From NCBI GenBank assembly GCA_013265495.1, contig MU058034.1:186001-250000 (forward strand): DNA of 64,000 nucleotides, read 5' to 3'. Origin of the DNA: Vicugna vicugna (taxonomy: Eukaryota). The translations under genes and the position numbers were made by a program. The notes under the pieces were generated by a model. That model saw only the letters and a list, made by a program, of their open reading frames with translations, made no database searches and was not told the origin of the DNA. Positions 1 through 11,155 of this stretch are shown one piece after another; the stretch's first letter is position 1; the number at the start of each line of letters is the position of its first letter.

Positions 1-121
1 ACCTCATTGTGTTTGTTGTATACCTCCCTAATTAGGCTAATGATGTTAAACATATTTTCATTTTCATATGCTTGCTGGCCTTTTGTATTTCTTCTTTGGA
101 GAAATGTCTATTCAAGTCCAT

Positions 122-170
<49 letters not shown>

Positions 171-620
171 TAATTGAGTTTAAGAACTGTTTATGTATTG
201 TGGATAGTAGACCCTTATCAAATATATGATTTGCAATTATTTTATTGCACTCAGTAGATTGCCTTTTCACTTTTTTGATAATATCTTTTGATGCATAAAT
301 TTTAAAATTTCTGACGAAGTATGATTTATCTATTTTTTCTCTGATTATGCATGCTTTTGGTACCGTACCTAAGAATACATTGCTATATTTAAGGTCATGA
401 AGTTTTACCCCTGTGATTTCTTCTAAGAGTTTTATGGGTCTAATCCTTGTATTTAGTCTGTTTATATATTTTGAATTATTTTTTTTATTTGAAATTGGAG
501 TTTGGGTATAAAATGTTTTAAGGCTCCTATTATAAATTGAAAGACTGTTTTGCAAAATGGTTGTGTTGGTTTATACAGCCCTTTGGCAATGCATACCATC
601 TTAGATTACCATCTTTACCA
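1..620 (-). mobile_element. Old LINE-1 fragment (ORF2 C-terminal region), cut by the window start; contains a 44-nt T run at 126-169
   Basis: Antisense L1 text (ctaatgatgtt..catattttca, gagaaatgtctattcaagtcc, agacccttatcaaatatatgatttgcaa). ORF 112..555 gives ORF2-like IKLLEE, IIANHIFDKGL. Confidence 0.9.
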
Positions 621-734
621 ACAAAAAACTGTATCTTAAAGAGTAACTATTAAATTGATAGATTATATATAACTTGACTACTAATTGAATGCATAAACAC
701 CCACATGTGCATACATACACATGCACACCATTCA

Positions 735-1220
735 ATAAATTACCCAAAACTTAGTCACTTTAAAGAAACCATTGACTGTTGCTCACAGTTTGTGTGTGTC
801 AGGCATTTGGGATTGGCTTAGGTGGTTGGTTCTTGCTCAGGACTTTTCATGACCAGGTGTCAGCAGGGGCTGTAGTCATCTGACGGCTTGACTGAGGCTG
901 GAGGATGTACTTTCAAGGTAGATCACTTCCATGAATGGGTCATTGGTGCTTGCTGATGACAGGAGACCTCAGGTTTCTCCATGTGGAACTCTCTACTGTA
1001 CTGTGAGTGTCCTCCTAACATGGTACTTGGATTGTCCCAAAGTGAGTAACGTAGAAGGTAAAAACGAAAACTTCAGTACCTTGTATGATCTATCTTTGAA
1101 AGTCACCTATTGCTTTCACAGTATTTCTTTTTGTTGCACAAGTTAGTTCTAATTTAGTGTTGGAGAGAACTACCAGGAAGTGAGGATTTGGGGAGCCCAT
1201 CTTAGAGACTGACTAACATA
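735..1220 (-). mobile_element. MaLR LTR, MLT1-type
   Basis: MLT1 motifs aaattacccaaaacttagt, ggggctgtagtcatctga.ggcttgactgaggctggaggat, and end gggagcccatcttagagactgactaacata. Confidence 0.8.
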
Positions 1221-3248
1221 GTCCTCAGATATTTCATATCCATCCTACATGCAAAGTATACTCACTGTTTCCAAGGCCCCCAAACGTTTATCCATTACTG
1301 TCCAGCATTTTAATCAAGCAGATCAGATCAGCCTCCTTAGACATGGTTTCTTGGCTGCAGTCCTTTGAGTATATTTGTATGATCATATATAAAGTTGAAT
1401 CTAGTCAAAATATGAACATGTATCTTAATATATATTTAAATGCGAGTTTGACTAATATTCTCAGAGTTTTTTTCAGTGAATAACATTTTTTTACTCCATT
1501 TATCTTTTGTAATCATCGAATTTTTGTAAACATCCGTGTGTATAATTCAATTATTAGCTTTATTATTCTTTAAATATATCACTATTTTTTAGCTTTAGTT
1601 ATTTTTTGACTTGGAGAAATGAATTTTGTGATAAAGTTTCTCTTTCACTTTGTTGTGTTTACTTTTGTTCTAGGCTTAGAAAAATGCCCACCAATATAAT
1701 AAATATCTAATTGTACTTTTTTCTACTTTTATATATTTTATGCATAAACATTGATTCTATTTGCAATTGTTTATAGTGACAAGTGATCAAAACCTCTCTT
1801 TCTAATGATCATAATAATGGATTTTTCCACTTCATTTTTCATATGAGTAAATGTAATCATAGCCAGTCACCTGGGAAGACTCCAAAGGAATATTTCTGAT
1901 GTAGTATTAGAAAAAAGCACAAAACACAATTGAGAAATGTGAACTGATTCCTGGGATGCCATACATGTCCTCAGTTTCCCCATGGCTACAGTGAAGAAAA
2001 GGAGAATAGGAATACTTCTGAAATACTCACTGTCTTGCAGAATTGCCTGGAATAAAGAGAAAACCACGTGAAAATAAGCCTGCCTCCAGGATTCTGTGAG
2101 AGGACAACCCTATGGCTCTAGCCTCGTAGTTATGGAGTCAGGGGAGCTCGCCAGAGAGAGCTCATTTAGTTTTCTTTCCCTAGTCATGTCCTCAATGTGA
2201 GTCAAACGTCAATAATTTAGTGTAGGCTAAATTTAGAAAGTGTCTTCTAGGTCAGCAACTAAATTCTTCTGGGTTACCTGTGGGCTGCTGGTGTTAATAC
2301 ACGAATCTGTGGGTTACCCATCTTGAAATGCTTTATTCAGAGCTTGAGTTAACACAGTTGTTGTACCTAAAGTATGAAGAGTATGATTCTGACATTTTTT
2401 CTTAGCCTTTTACGTGTTTACTGTATTATTTTAGCAAACATCACAATGATATGCAATAGTATCTGTCATCGTAAAGCAATTACAATTATGAATATAGGGT
2501 TACGGACAGTTTTTGAAGATTCTGTATCACGAGTTGCATGATAAATAAATCATGCAAAATATAAACCAATAATTTTCTTAGTCCTTTGCAAAGCAGCCAA
2601 AAATAATATTTGTTCTTGTATCAATATCCATTTTTATTGAACTTGGGCTGAATCATTTCTCTTGAGATGCATGATTATTAATTAATTCTAATATGATAAT
2701 GTGAAGACTCTTCCCCCATGCAAATTATCTGTGCTCTGTAATATCAAAAACGTGATTTCAATGAAGGGAGAAGTTGCTTTTCTTTTTCTGGCCGGATGAA
2801 TGTTTCTCATAGTTTGGGCCAATAACATGGTCCCTGACTCATCCTTCTGCCCCATAGAATTTGAGAATGTTCTGCACTTGTTGTCTGTAGGTATCTGTAG
2901 ACAGATCAAGATGAGTGTGATTTGGCTGTAAGAACCTTACAGTGTGGTAAAGGCGCTAAGATACATGTTCCACCAGCTTATTACAAGGGGAAACGAGGTA
3001 GATAAGTGAGGAAAAGGGAAAGAAAAGGATCATTTATGATTGGGAGGAAAGACGAGTTCTTCTGTAGAAAGGTAGAGAATGAACATTTGAGTGATCGCCC
3101 TGCTGCAGGGGTACTTTGGGGTGATCTTGTGATCTTTAAGAGGGCAAGAGTGATCTTTATTCCCTTTGCCCCTTGCCAAAAGGAGAAATGGACTCGCAGT
3201 AGTAGAGCTGAAGCCTGGCTGCCCCTGCCGAAGTTCCTTAGTGGCTGG

Positions 3249-3734
3249 TGTGAACAAAAAATACTACCAGCCATATCAGTAAATAAAGAATGCCAGGGCC
3301 ATCAAGTCATCAGCTGCTGCCGCCAACTCAGGATGCAGACAAGCAGGCAGCCTGGCCTCTGCAGCCACCCCCAACCATGTGCCCTGAAGGAACTCAGGAT
3401 GAGAAAGGAGAGGATACTGTAGGCCCTAGACAGGTGCATAACAAAGGAATGATTTCAGTGAGCCCACACATTTCCACTTTCCCATACATAGAAAAGCACT
3501 AAATTCTTAAACTTGAGATGTCTGGTTTTCTTAAATTAATAGTAATCTTTTGATGTTCCAACTACTTGGTCTTTGCTGAAAAAACCCCTATGTATGCCAG
3601 CTCCTCCCCTACCTCTTTGGAGCAGTCCCTCAGAGCAATCTGAGAGGCTGTCATCCTGGGCTGAGTCCTCAGAAAGTCTGCCGAATAAAGCATAACTCTC
3701 AACTTTTAGGTTGTGCATTTTATTTCAGTCGACA
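3249..3734 (+). mobile_element. ERV1-class solo LTR, MER41-like (cetartiodactyl type)
   Basis: TG...CA termini (tgtgaacaaaaaatact...cagtcgaca), 486 bp, AATAAA at 3684-3689 followed by aactctcaacttttaggttgtgcatttt. No clean 4-bp TSD (ctgg vs caga). Family recalled, not searched. Confidence 0.8.
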
Positions 3735-4282
3735 CAGAGAATCTTTCTGATAGTTTGATTTTATTTTATACTCAGACTGCTTGTCACAATTGCAGAAACT
3801 GTCTGACCCTTGTAGGCATCTCAGTTGATGACCCTGTTTACACAGAAACTGAATCCAAGGCAAAGCGAATTTATAAACCTCTAGGTGATGTCCTTGAAAT
3901 GCTGGAGAAAGGGGCAGAAAATCAGATCGTCTTTAACATTTCCCTCTTTTGTTTAAGAAGATACTGAACTTGCGTGGTCGAAGGGAACATAAATAAACAA
4001 AACCGAAATAAGTCCCATCTCATATATCCAGATGGTTGAGTTTATCCAACTAATTTTTTAGGATGTAACAATTTTTGAGAGAAATATTTCTAAAATAAAT
4101 GATGTATTTTCTGCATTATTAGACCAAGGAAAGGGAACCCACTAAATCCTTTTCTCCCTGGCTCATGGCCATTGTTATGAATACTGATTACTCTACAGTA
4201 ACTCAGCAGGAGTTTTCTTGCCTGCATTCTCACACCTGTGTCCTTGTCTGAAGGCTGGGGTAAGGAATAATGAAGAGCCTGG

Positions 4283-4674
4283 AGAGAAAGACAAGTACTG
4301 TGTGATATCACTTACATGTAGAATTAAAAAAAAAAAACTTGTAAAAACAGAGAATAAAATGGTGGTTACCAGAGGATGGCAGGTAGAACAGGACAGATGT
4401 TTTAGGGGACAAATTTACAGTGAGTAGTAAATAAGTCCTAGAGATCTAATGCACAGTGTGGTGACTGTAGACGGTGATACTGTGTTATCATCATCAAACT
4501 TGCTAAGAGACTAGAACATAATGATTCCAACCACTAAAATGCAAGTTTAGTTATGTAATGTGATAGAGGTGCTAATTATCACTACAGTGGCAATCATATT
4601 ACACTATATAAATTAACACACACACATTAGGTTGACACGATGTTATATGTCAAATATATTTTAATTAAGAAAAA
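4283..4674 (+). mobile_element. 5'-truncated LINE-1 3' end (L1MA9/10-like)
   Basis: gaaagacaagtactgtgtgatatcacttacatgtagaat, aaaatggtggttaccagagg, gagatctaatgcacag, ending in an A-rich tail. Confidence 0.85.
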
Positions 4675-4769
4675 TGCTGGAGATGGATAATGTGCTTATA
4701 ATATCTCTTCTTGGAGGAAGTTTCTGTCATGGCCCTAGCAGGTTTTCCTTCAGTCATTCTTGTTCCTTT

Positions 4770-5520
4770 TAATCAGTTTTCCACACTCAAGCTAAACAAA
4801 TCTTTTAAAAAAAAATCTGATTGTCATTTTCTACTTAAAATCTTCCTAAGTCTTCACGGGATAAGGAAGTCGTAACACAGCCTACAAGGCCCTGCCTGCC
4901 TTTTTAGCCTCCTCTTCCATAACCCCCACTGCCCTCAGAGCTTTTGGAATTTCCTGCAGTACATGGAAGCACCATACCCGTTCCCATCCTGGGGCTTTCA
5001 CTCTTCTTCTGCCTGAAACATCCTCCTGCCCCTTCTCTTATTCTAGCAGTAACTTTTACTTTTGTTCTTTAGATGTCAACTCAAGCATCCTTGCCCCAAA
5101 CACCAAGGCTGTTCCAGATTTCTCCAGTTTAGTCAAATTTCCCTATTGTAAGTTTCACGGTTCGCTCCCTCCCCTTTGTAGAATTTATCACAACTGTAAT
5201 TGTGTCTAACACAATGCCTGCCACAGTTTGCTCAAATAAATATATAAACACGTAAATAAAATGATTTATGAATTAATAAACCAGAACCTCTAGTAAACTT
5301 GACCTTAAAGTGCCAGGAGAGGGTAAGTTGTCCTTCTCTATGCCTTTATGGGATCTGGTTCATACTTACATCTCAGTATTTCTGTCATTGTATTGAACGC
5401 TTCCATTTATGTTTCGTCCCCTTGACTAAACTATAAAGTCAAGAACTTGGCTCCGTTCATTTTAATGCCCGTAGAGTTCTCTACAGTGAATGGCCCATAG
5501 TAAACAGTCAGTGTGTGTGG
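4770..5520 (+). mobile_element. Degraded L2 3'-end fragments
   Basis: acttaaaatcttcc, gcctacaaggccctg, aacacaatgcctggc..agtttgctcaaataaata, and a second tail near 5420-5520. Confidence 0.6.
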
Positions 5521-5528
5521 AGCTAAAG

Positions 5529-5705
5529 CAGTGATTCTCAATCTTGACTGCACATCAAAATCACCTGGAGAGTTTTAAAAGTTATTAATGCTTAAGTTCC
5601 GCCCTGCAGACATCCTGATTTAATTGTTCTGGGATAGAGCCTGAACATTGGAGTTTTAAACACTCCCCAGGAGATTGTAATGTCAGCCAGGCTTATAGAC
5701 CACTG
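5529..5705. mobile_element. hAT-Charlie MITE, MER5B-like
   Basis: Terminal inverted repeats (TIRs) cagtgattctcaa...gaccactg; internal aatcacctggagag and ctccccaggagattgtaat. Confidence 0.8.
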
Positions 5706-5959
5706 AATTTAAGTGAACTGGTCTCTTCCACCTACTGAAGACTTTTCAGACTTCAAACAAAGGAAAGACAAGAAATAAAGATAAAATACCCACTTTATTT
5801 TATACTGCACCCAGCCGGGGCCAAAGCCTGTACTCATACGTCTTCATTCCTTGCCACTTCTCTTTACAGTAGCTGATGTTATTTTATTAATGAAAATACA
5901 GAGACAAAGGAGATTCCCAAATTTGCATAATATGACTTAAGACTTTTTTTCCCCTGGAA

Positions 5960-6140
5960 CAGTAGTTCTCAATATATGGTCCCAGAGTAGCAGCACCAGG
6001 ATATCCTGAGAATTATGAGCAATGTAAATTCTTGGGCTCTACCCAGACCTACTGACAGAGAAACTGGAGATGGGACCCAGGAGCTGTGAGTAAGAAGCCC
6101 TCTGGGTGACTCTGGAACAGCCCAAGATTGAGAACTGATT
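5960..6140. mobile_element. hAT-Charlie MITE, MER5A
   Basis: cagtagttctcaatatatggtcccagagtagcagca...acccagacctactga...aagccctctgggtgactctg...ttgagaac. Confidence 0.85.
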
Positions 6141-6429
6141 CCTTAGTATCTAAGAGCTCCGCCTGGGAAAAGACCTAAGCCAGCAGAACTTAACCACATC
6201 CATGGCAGTAATTTACAGAAAATGTCATAGAAGGAAGAAGATCTACCATTTTTTTCTTTAGTACTTCGAAATAATTTAACCTTGGATTTAACGTTCAGCT
6301 CTTTCATTCTGACCTTGGCTGTTAGTCTGGCCTCATTTACCCTTCAAGGTTGATGCGTAGTCTGTCATACTATAGTTACACATGGCTTAGTAGGGAATGC
6401 ATGGAATTTAGAGGAAAATTAATTAGTTT

Positions 6430-7100
6430 ATATTTACGTTATTCACACTTGAATGTTTTGCTGAAGCGCAGCATGTATACAGGAGCACACTCGTATTGTG
6501 AGAATAGTCTGATGAAGTTTTACGACTGAGCACGTCCCTGTAACTGCCACCCAGATCAAGATCAAAACGACACTGTGCTCCTTCCCAGTCACTGCCCGCC
6601 ACAAGGGAGACCACTGTTCAAGCTTTTCACAGTTCAGATTATTTTCTTCTTTTTTTTTGTATATATAGTTTTTATTGAAGTACAGTCAGTTTACAACGTG
6701 TCAGTTTCTGGGGTAAAGCATAATGCTTCAGTCATACATGAACGTTCATATATTTGTTTCCATGTTCTTTTTCACCATAAGTTACTACAGGATATTGAAT
6801 ATAGTTTCCTGTGCTGTACAGTATGAACTTGTCATTTATCTATTTTATATGCATCAGTTAGTATCAGATTATTTTTTACTGTTTTTCTAGATAGATATAG
6901 ATAGATTCATACAGTGCATACTGTTTCACGTATGTCTTCTTTTACTTAATAAGTTTGTGAAATATATCCATAGTATTCAATAGTTGGATGGCACCTTGTT
7001 CATTTCCCTACTGTATGGCATTCCACTGCACATATCATTTTACTGCTAATAGACTATAAAAGTATATCTGAACAATATATTTTTTGTGTTGGATTACTTC
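6430..7100 (-). mobile_element. Ancient L1 (L1MC/ME-type) 3' region, interrupted by a younger L1
   Basis: ccctgtaactgccacccagatcaagat, ccactgttc, atatccatagtatt..., ctgtatggcattccact. Confidence 0.6.
6646..6863 (-). mobile_element. Young lineage-specific L1 3' end with a perfect 12-bp TSD
   Basis: T-rich tail then tttttattgaagtacagtcagtttacaa. TSD tcagattatttt at 6634-6645 and 6864-6875. Confidence 0.9.
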
Positions 7101-7279
7101 TCTGATCACTCTCTTTTCTATTACCCTGCTTCCTTTTTTGGCTTCTATTTCAAAAAGAGATTTTAGTAGAGGGCACAGATTTCTGCTGAATACTCAAAGA
7201 GTGCCTCTTATATGGGAAATTTGTCAATTTAAACCTGCCCAAACCCTTTCTCCTCTGCCAGTGATATCAGGCTGTGCAA

Positions 7280-7400
7280 AGGTGGGAGACTCAGAGGTGC
7301 TAAGTAACTTACTTAAGGGCCCCACCTCCCAGTTGCAGGGATTGGACTCAGTCCCATCCTTCTAGCCCCAAAGCCCTGAGCCTTTTGATTATACTGCCAT
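7280..7400 (-). mobile_element. MIR fragment
   Basis: gactcagaggtgctaagtaacttacttaagg.c core. Confidence 0.55.
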
Positions 7401-9319
7401 TTTTTGAGAGTTCTTGCATACCTTCATAAATTTATTCTGTAATCTGACATACTTATTTTTCCATCCATTTGCAATTATATCAACTGTATTCTAATTAGGT
7501 AATTAGAAGACAAATGGAACTTGTGTTGCATATTATTATTTGCAATATTCAGGTAGCATTTATTATATTTCTCTAGGCTCAGTGATTATGCATTTTATTT
7601 TTATATTTGCTTCTCAGAAGTTGTTTCTCAAAAATAACCAACTAAATCATTGTGGGATTCACTCTGATACCATAAATTTGAAAATATTCTTAAAGAAGAA
7701 AAAAATTCCAAAATGTAATGCAATTTAGATTTTATGAAATCTGGATTATCAGAACATTTGTGGTTAATAATTGTCATCTAGTATTTGATTGATTTTCCAA
7801 TGTCAGACAAAGTTATTTTTCCATTATTTGGAGTCATCTTAAATCATAGTTTTAACCATTTAAATCAAGTTTATTTTATATATTATTTCAATATGCTTGA
7901 AATTATTAGTCCATTTGAATTCTTTAACAATTCAATTTTAAGCCATCTTTGAGGGGTCAATGGTGTAGTATATACAAATATACTTAAGACAAACAAGAAC
8001 TAAGTAGAAACAAGTATTTTGAAAAAACTTTAATACTCATTTATAGTTTTCTAATTGGATTAATAATACACATTAAATAGACTAATGAATAGTTAAATTA
8101 ACTACTAATTTTACATTACAGCATCTTTATTATGTATTATGTTTGGAGTCAGAAACTTTAATTACATTTACTGTCATTTAGGCATAATTAGAACTGTCCT
8201 TTATGTATAATGGGACATAAATCTTGATGAGAATAAATGCTTTCTAAAAAGAAAAGCAAAAACCAAGTGAATCTTTTAAGTCATGCCTAACAGAAGAAAC
8301 AAATCAATTATACATGTGCTACGGTCAGTGTGTTGACATCTGTCCTCCAAAGTTGATGCCCTGCAGAAGAGCAGTCTTGTTATTTCCTGACTTAGAGGCA
8401 TTCCCTTCAGTTTATGTTTCTGCTGGTCTGTAGCTCTGTAGACTAGACCCTCTTTATGATAAATAACCTATTTTAACTAAGAAGCAATCACTGTACCATA
8501 AATCCTGCGTGCACCACTGCCTGAAAAAGGAACCCTTCTCTAGTGAATTATCTGATTAAATTCTGGACCTTAATACTTCAGTGCTTTACAATTATAGACA
8601 CATATTTAAGAAGTGTGTGGGAGTACATGATCTCGTCATGGGATTACAGAAGCTATTAAGACTTGTACACTTGGAGAGCACTAATAATTCAGATAATCCT
8701 ATGAATGATAAACTCAAGGAAATCACAGCCTAGGAAAGTATTCAAATATATGGGATTTGGAGTTGACTCTGACAGCCCTCCTGCCTTCCAGTGCCCACAG
8801 AAGGCGCCCTCTTTATCCTGTTGTAGCCGCCACTGATAAACGGCCTTCCTAGTAACCTCCTCCTTTCTAAAGAGGGATAATAAGGCATGAAATAAATGTT
8901 AATGTCAATTTTGGATTTTTTTTCTTGGTTAAAGGAGAAGAATTCTAGGAGGAAAGAAAAGGAAGGAAGGAAGGAAATTTAAGTTTTAGAAGACAGTATT
9001 TACAACTTTTCCTTTTTGTGGTAGCTATTAATGTGTTTATCAGTGTATTACTCATTCAACCACACAGCATTTATTTTCATTTTGAAAATAATATGTCAAG
9101 TATAGAGAATCTGAAAATTCTGAAAAACATGAAGAAGATGATTACAATGCCTATATTTATCTCTTATAGAGAAAACTGCTATGAACATATTGATTTAGCT
9201 CACCAAAGTCTTGCTTTTGTCATAGATACATGTATTTTTCCATGTACAGACAAAATTATTAGAATACTTTGAGAACTACTACATTAGCAAACTATTGTCA
9301 TACTAAGCATTAAGATCTC

Positions 9320-9810
9320 GTTCAAGTCACCTGTTGGTGTGTAATTACCCCAAACCTATTGTGACATAGAACAGCAGTTTATTATAATCATGCATTCTAG
9401 AAGGGCTCTGCTATACTGTTCGCATTCCCACTTGCGTTCTCTCACGTGCTTGCTGTCAGATGTTGGCTGGGGCTGCAGTCATCTGAAGGCTTGACTGGGG
9501 GTGAAGGATCTGCTTCCATGGTGGCTCACTCACATCACTGTTGACCAACAGCCTCAGTATTTCTGCATGTGGACTTCTGCACGGGGTTACTCGATGTTCT
9601 CATGGCATGGAAGCTGGCCTCTCCTAGAGTCGGTGATCCAAGGGAGCCAGGTGGAGTCTGCAAAGCCTTTTTGGGTTCTAGTCTTGGACCACATAAGCCT
9701 TCACTACCACTCTATTCTATTGGCACCACAGGGTCAGCTGTGATTCCAGGTGGGAGGGGAATGTACTAGGCCATGAATGTCAGGACACGAGAATCATTGT
9801 GTGTCACATA
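9320..9810 (-). mobile_element. MaLR LTR, MLT1-type
   Basis: aattaccccaaac, ggctggggctgcagtcatctgaaggcttgactgggg, ttccatggtggctcactcacat, catggcatggaagctgg. Confidence 0.8.
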
Positions 9811-10039
9811 TTCTGGGATGAAGAAATCAAATTGCTTGAAGGTTTTGGACAGTTCATCATAAAGTCACTGTAGCATTAGTGGAGATTCCATGCTGAATGC
9901 TGGTGAAGTCAGGTGGCTTTGAAGCTGGCTAACTACCAAGAGTTAGATTAATTAACATTGTGTGTGGGCATCTCTATCAGTATATCACAAGCCTGTGTTG
10001 TAATTTTTCTTCCCTATTCCATGGGATTAAATCAGTTTT

Positions 10040-11155
10040 AAGTGAATGGATAAAAAGTACTTATAAAAATTTAGAATGAGAGTTGATTTAGTGGACTACA
10101 GAGTCACGATTACAGATAATCTAGAGGCAAGAATACTGGCCCAAGTCAACACAATTAAACCGATTAGTGGTTAGAGAGCATTTAAGCATGTGTTTTATTA
10201 AAATAATCTGGTTCTTAGAATATAGGATGAGGGATCCCAGCTTAAGTATTTTTATTGATCATAAACTCAGTATGAACTTAGACTGTCACGTGAACTTTAA
10301 AAACACTAATATATTTTTTAGGCTGAGTTAATCAAATTAAACTACCTAGGAACTGTGCTGTCCAATAATGTAGCCACTGGCCACATGTGCTGATTGAGCA
10401 CTTGAAATGTGATTAGTCTAAGTCAAGGTGCACTATAAACATAAAATACACACTCCAGATTTTGAAGGCTAATTAAAAAAAAGAAAAATGTAAAACACAT
10501 AATGGATCATATTGAATATATGATAAAATAATATTTTGTGTACATTGAGTTAAACACAATATATTAATAAATTGATTTTACCTTTTTCTCCTTATTTTGT
10601 ATTAATAGCGCTACAAAAATTAAACTTGTATATGTAGTACTTGCATTATATTTATCTTGTTCAGTGCTGTTCTAGAACACAGGAGGTAAATATGCCAGTG
10701 TTCTAAGTGCCAACTAGAAAGCACCTGGGATGCTGTACCCAACTGGAGACTATATAGGAGACAATCATAATTCTCAAAAGATTTAGAAACTACAAATGAA
10801 GGAATGAGATACATAGCTATGAACAGAGAAAACTTGGCAAAATACAAGGGGAAAGAATAGGCATCTTGAGTATTGAAGGACTATCAGAGAATTGAAATTA
10901 GATGTCTTAGTGTAAAACTAAGGCCAGAAATAACAAACGGCATCAGGAAGGTAGATTTGGCTCAGCATAAAGAAGGTGTCTCCAACAGTTACTGGTTCAG
11001 TGATACAGGGGCCAGCGTGGGAGGCAGCAAGCCTACTTCCTGTGGACATTTCCACATGGTGGATCAATAACTCTCCATTGTAATCACTATGGAAAGGAAT
11101 CTTGCATGGGTGGACTATGGTGGGATAGTTAAATTTCAAAGTCTTTCATTAATCC
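10040..11155 (+). mobile_element. CR1/L3 3' fragment split by a MER33-like element
   Basis: aactcagtatgaac, aatatatttttaggctg, aggaaggtagatttggctcagcataagaa, gggatagttaaatttcaaagtctttc resemble the L3 3' region. Confidence 0.55.
10353..10669. mobile_element. hAT-Charlie element, MER33-like
   Basis: ctgtgctgtccaata..gtagccactggccacatgtg..ttgagcacttgaaatgtg ... cagtgctg, about 320 bp, with ctag-containing flanks. Confidence 0.85.

Noticed and set aside
112..555. ORF with a poly-Lys tract
   Set aside because: L1 ORF2 remnant read through the T44 homopolymer.
3006..3502. Overlapping 70-138 aa ORFs
   Set aside because: They run into the solo LTR and show no gag/pol/env or other recognisable similarity.
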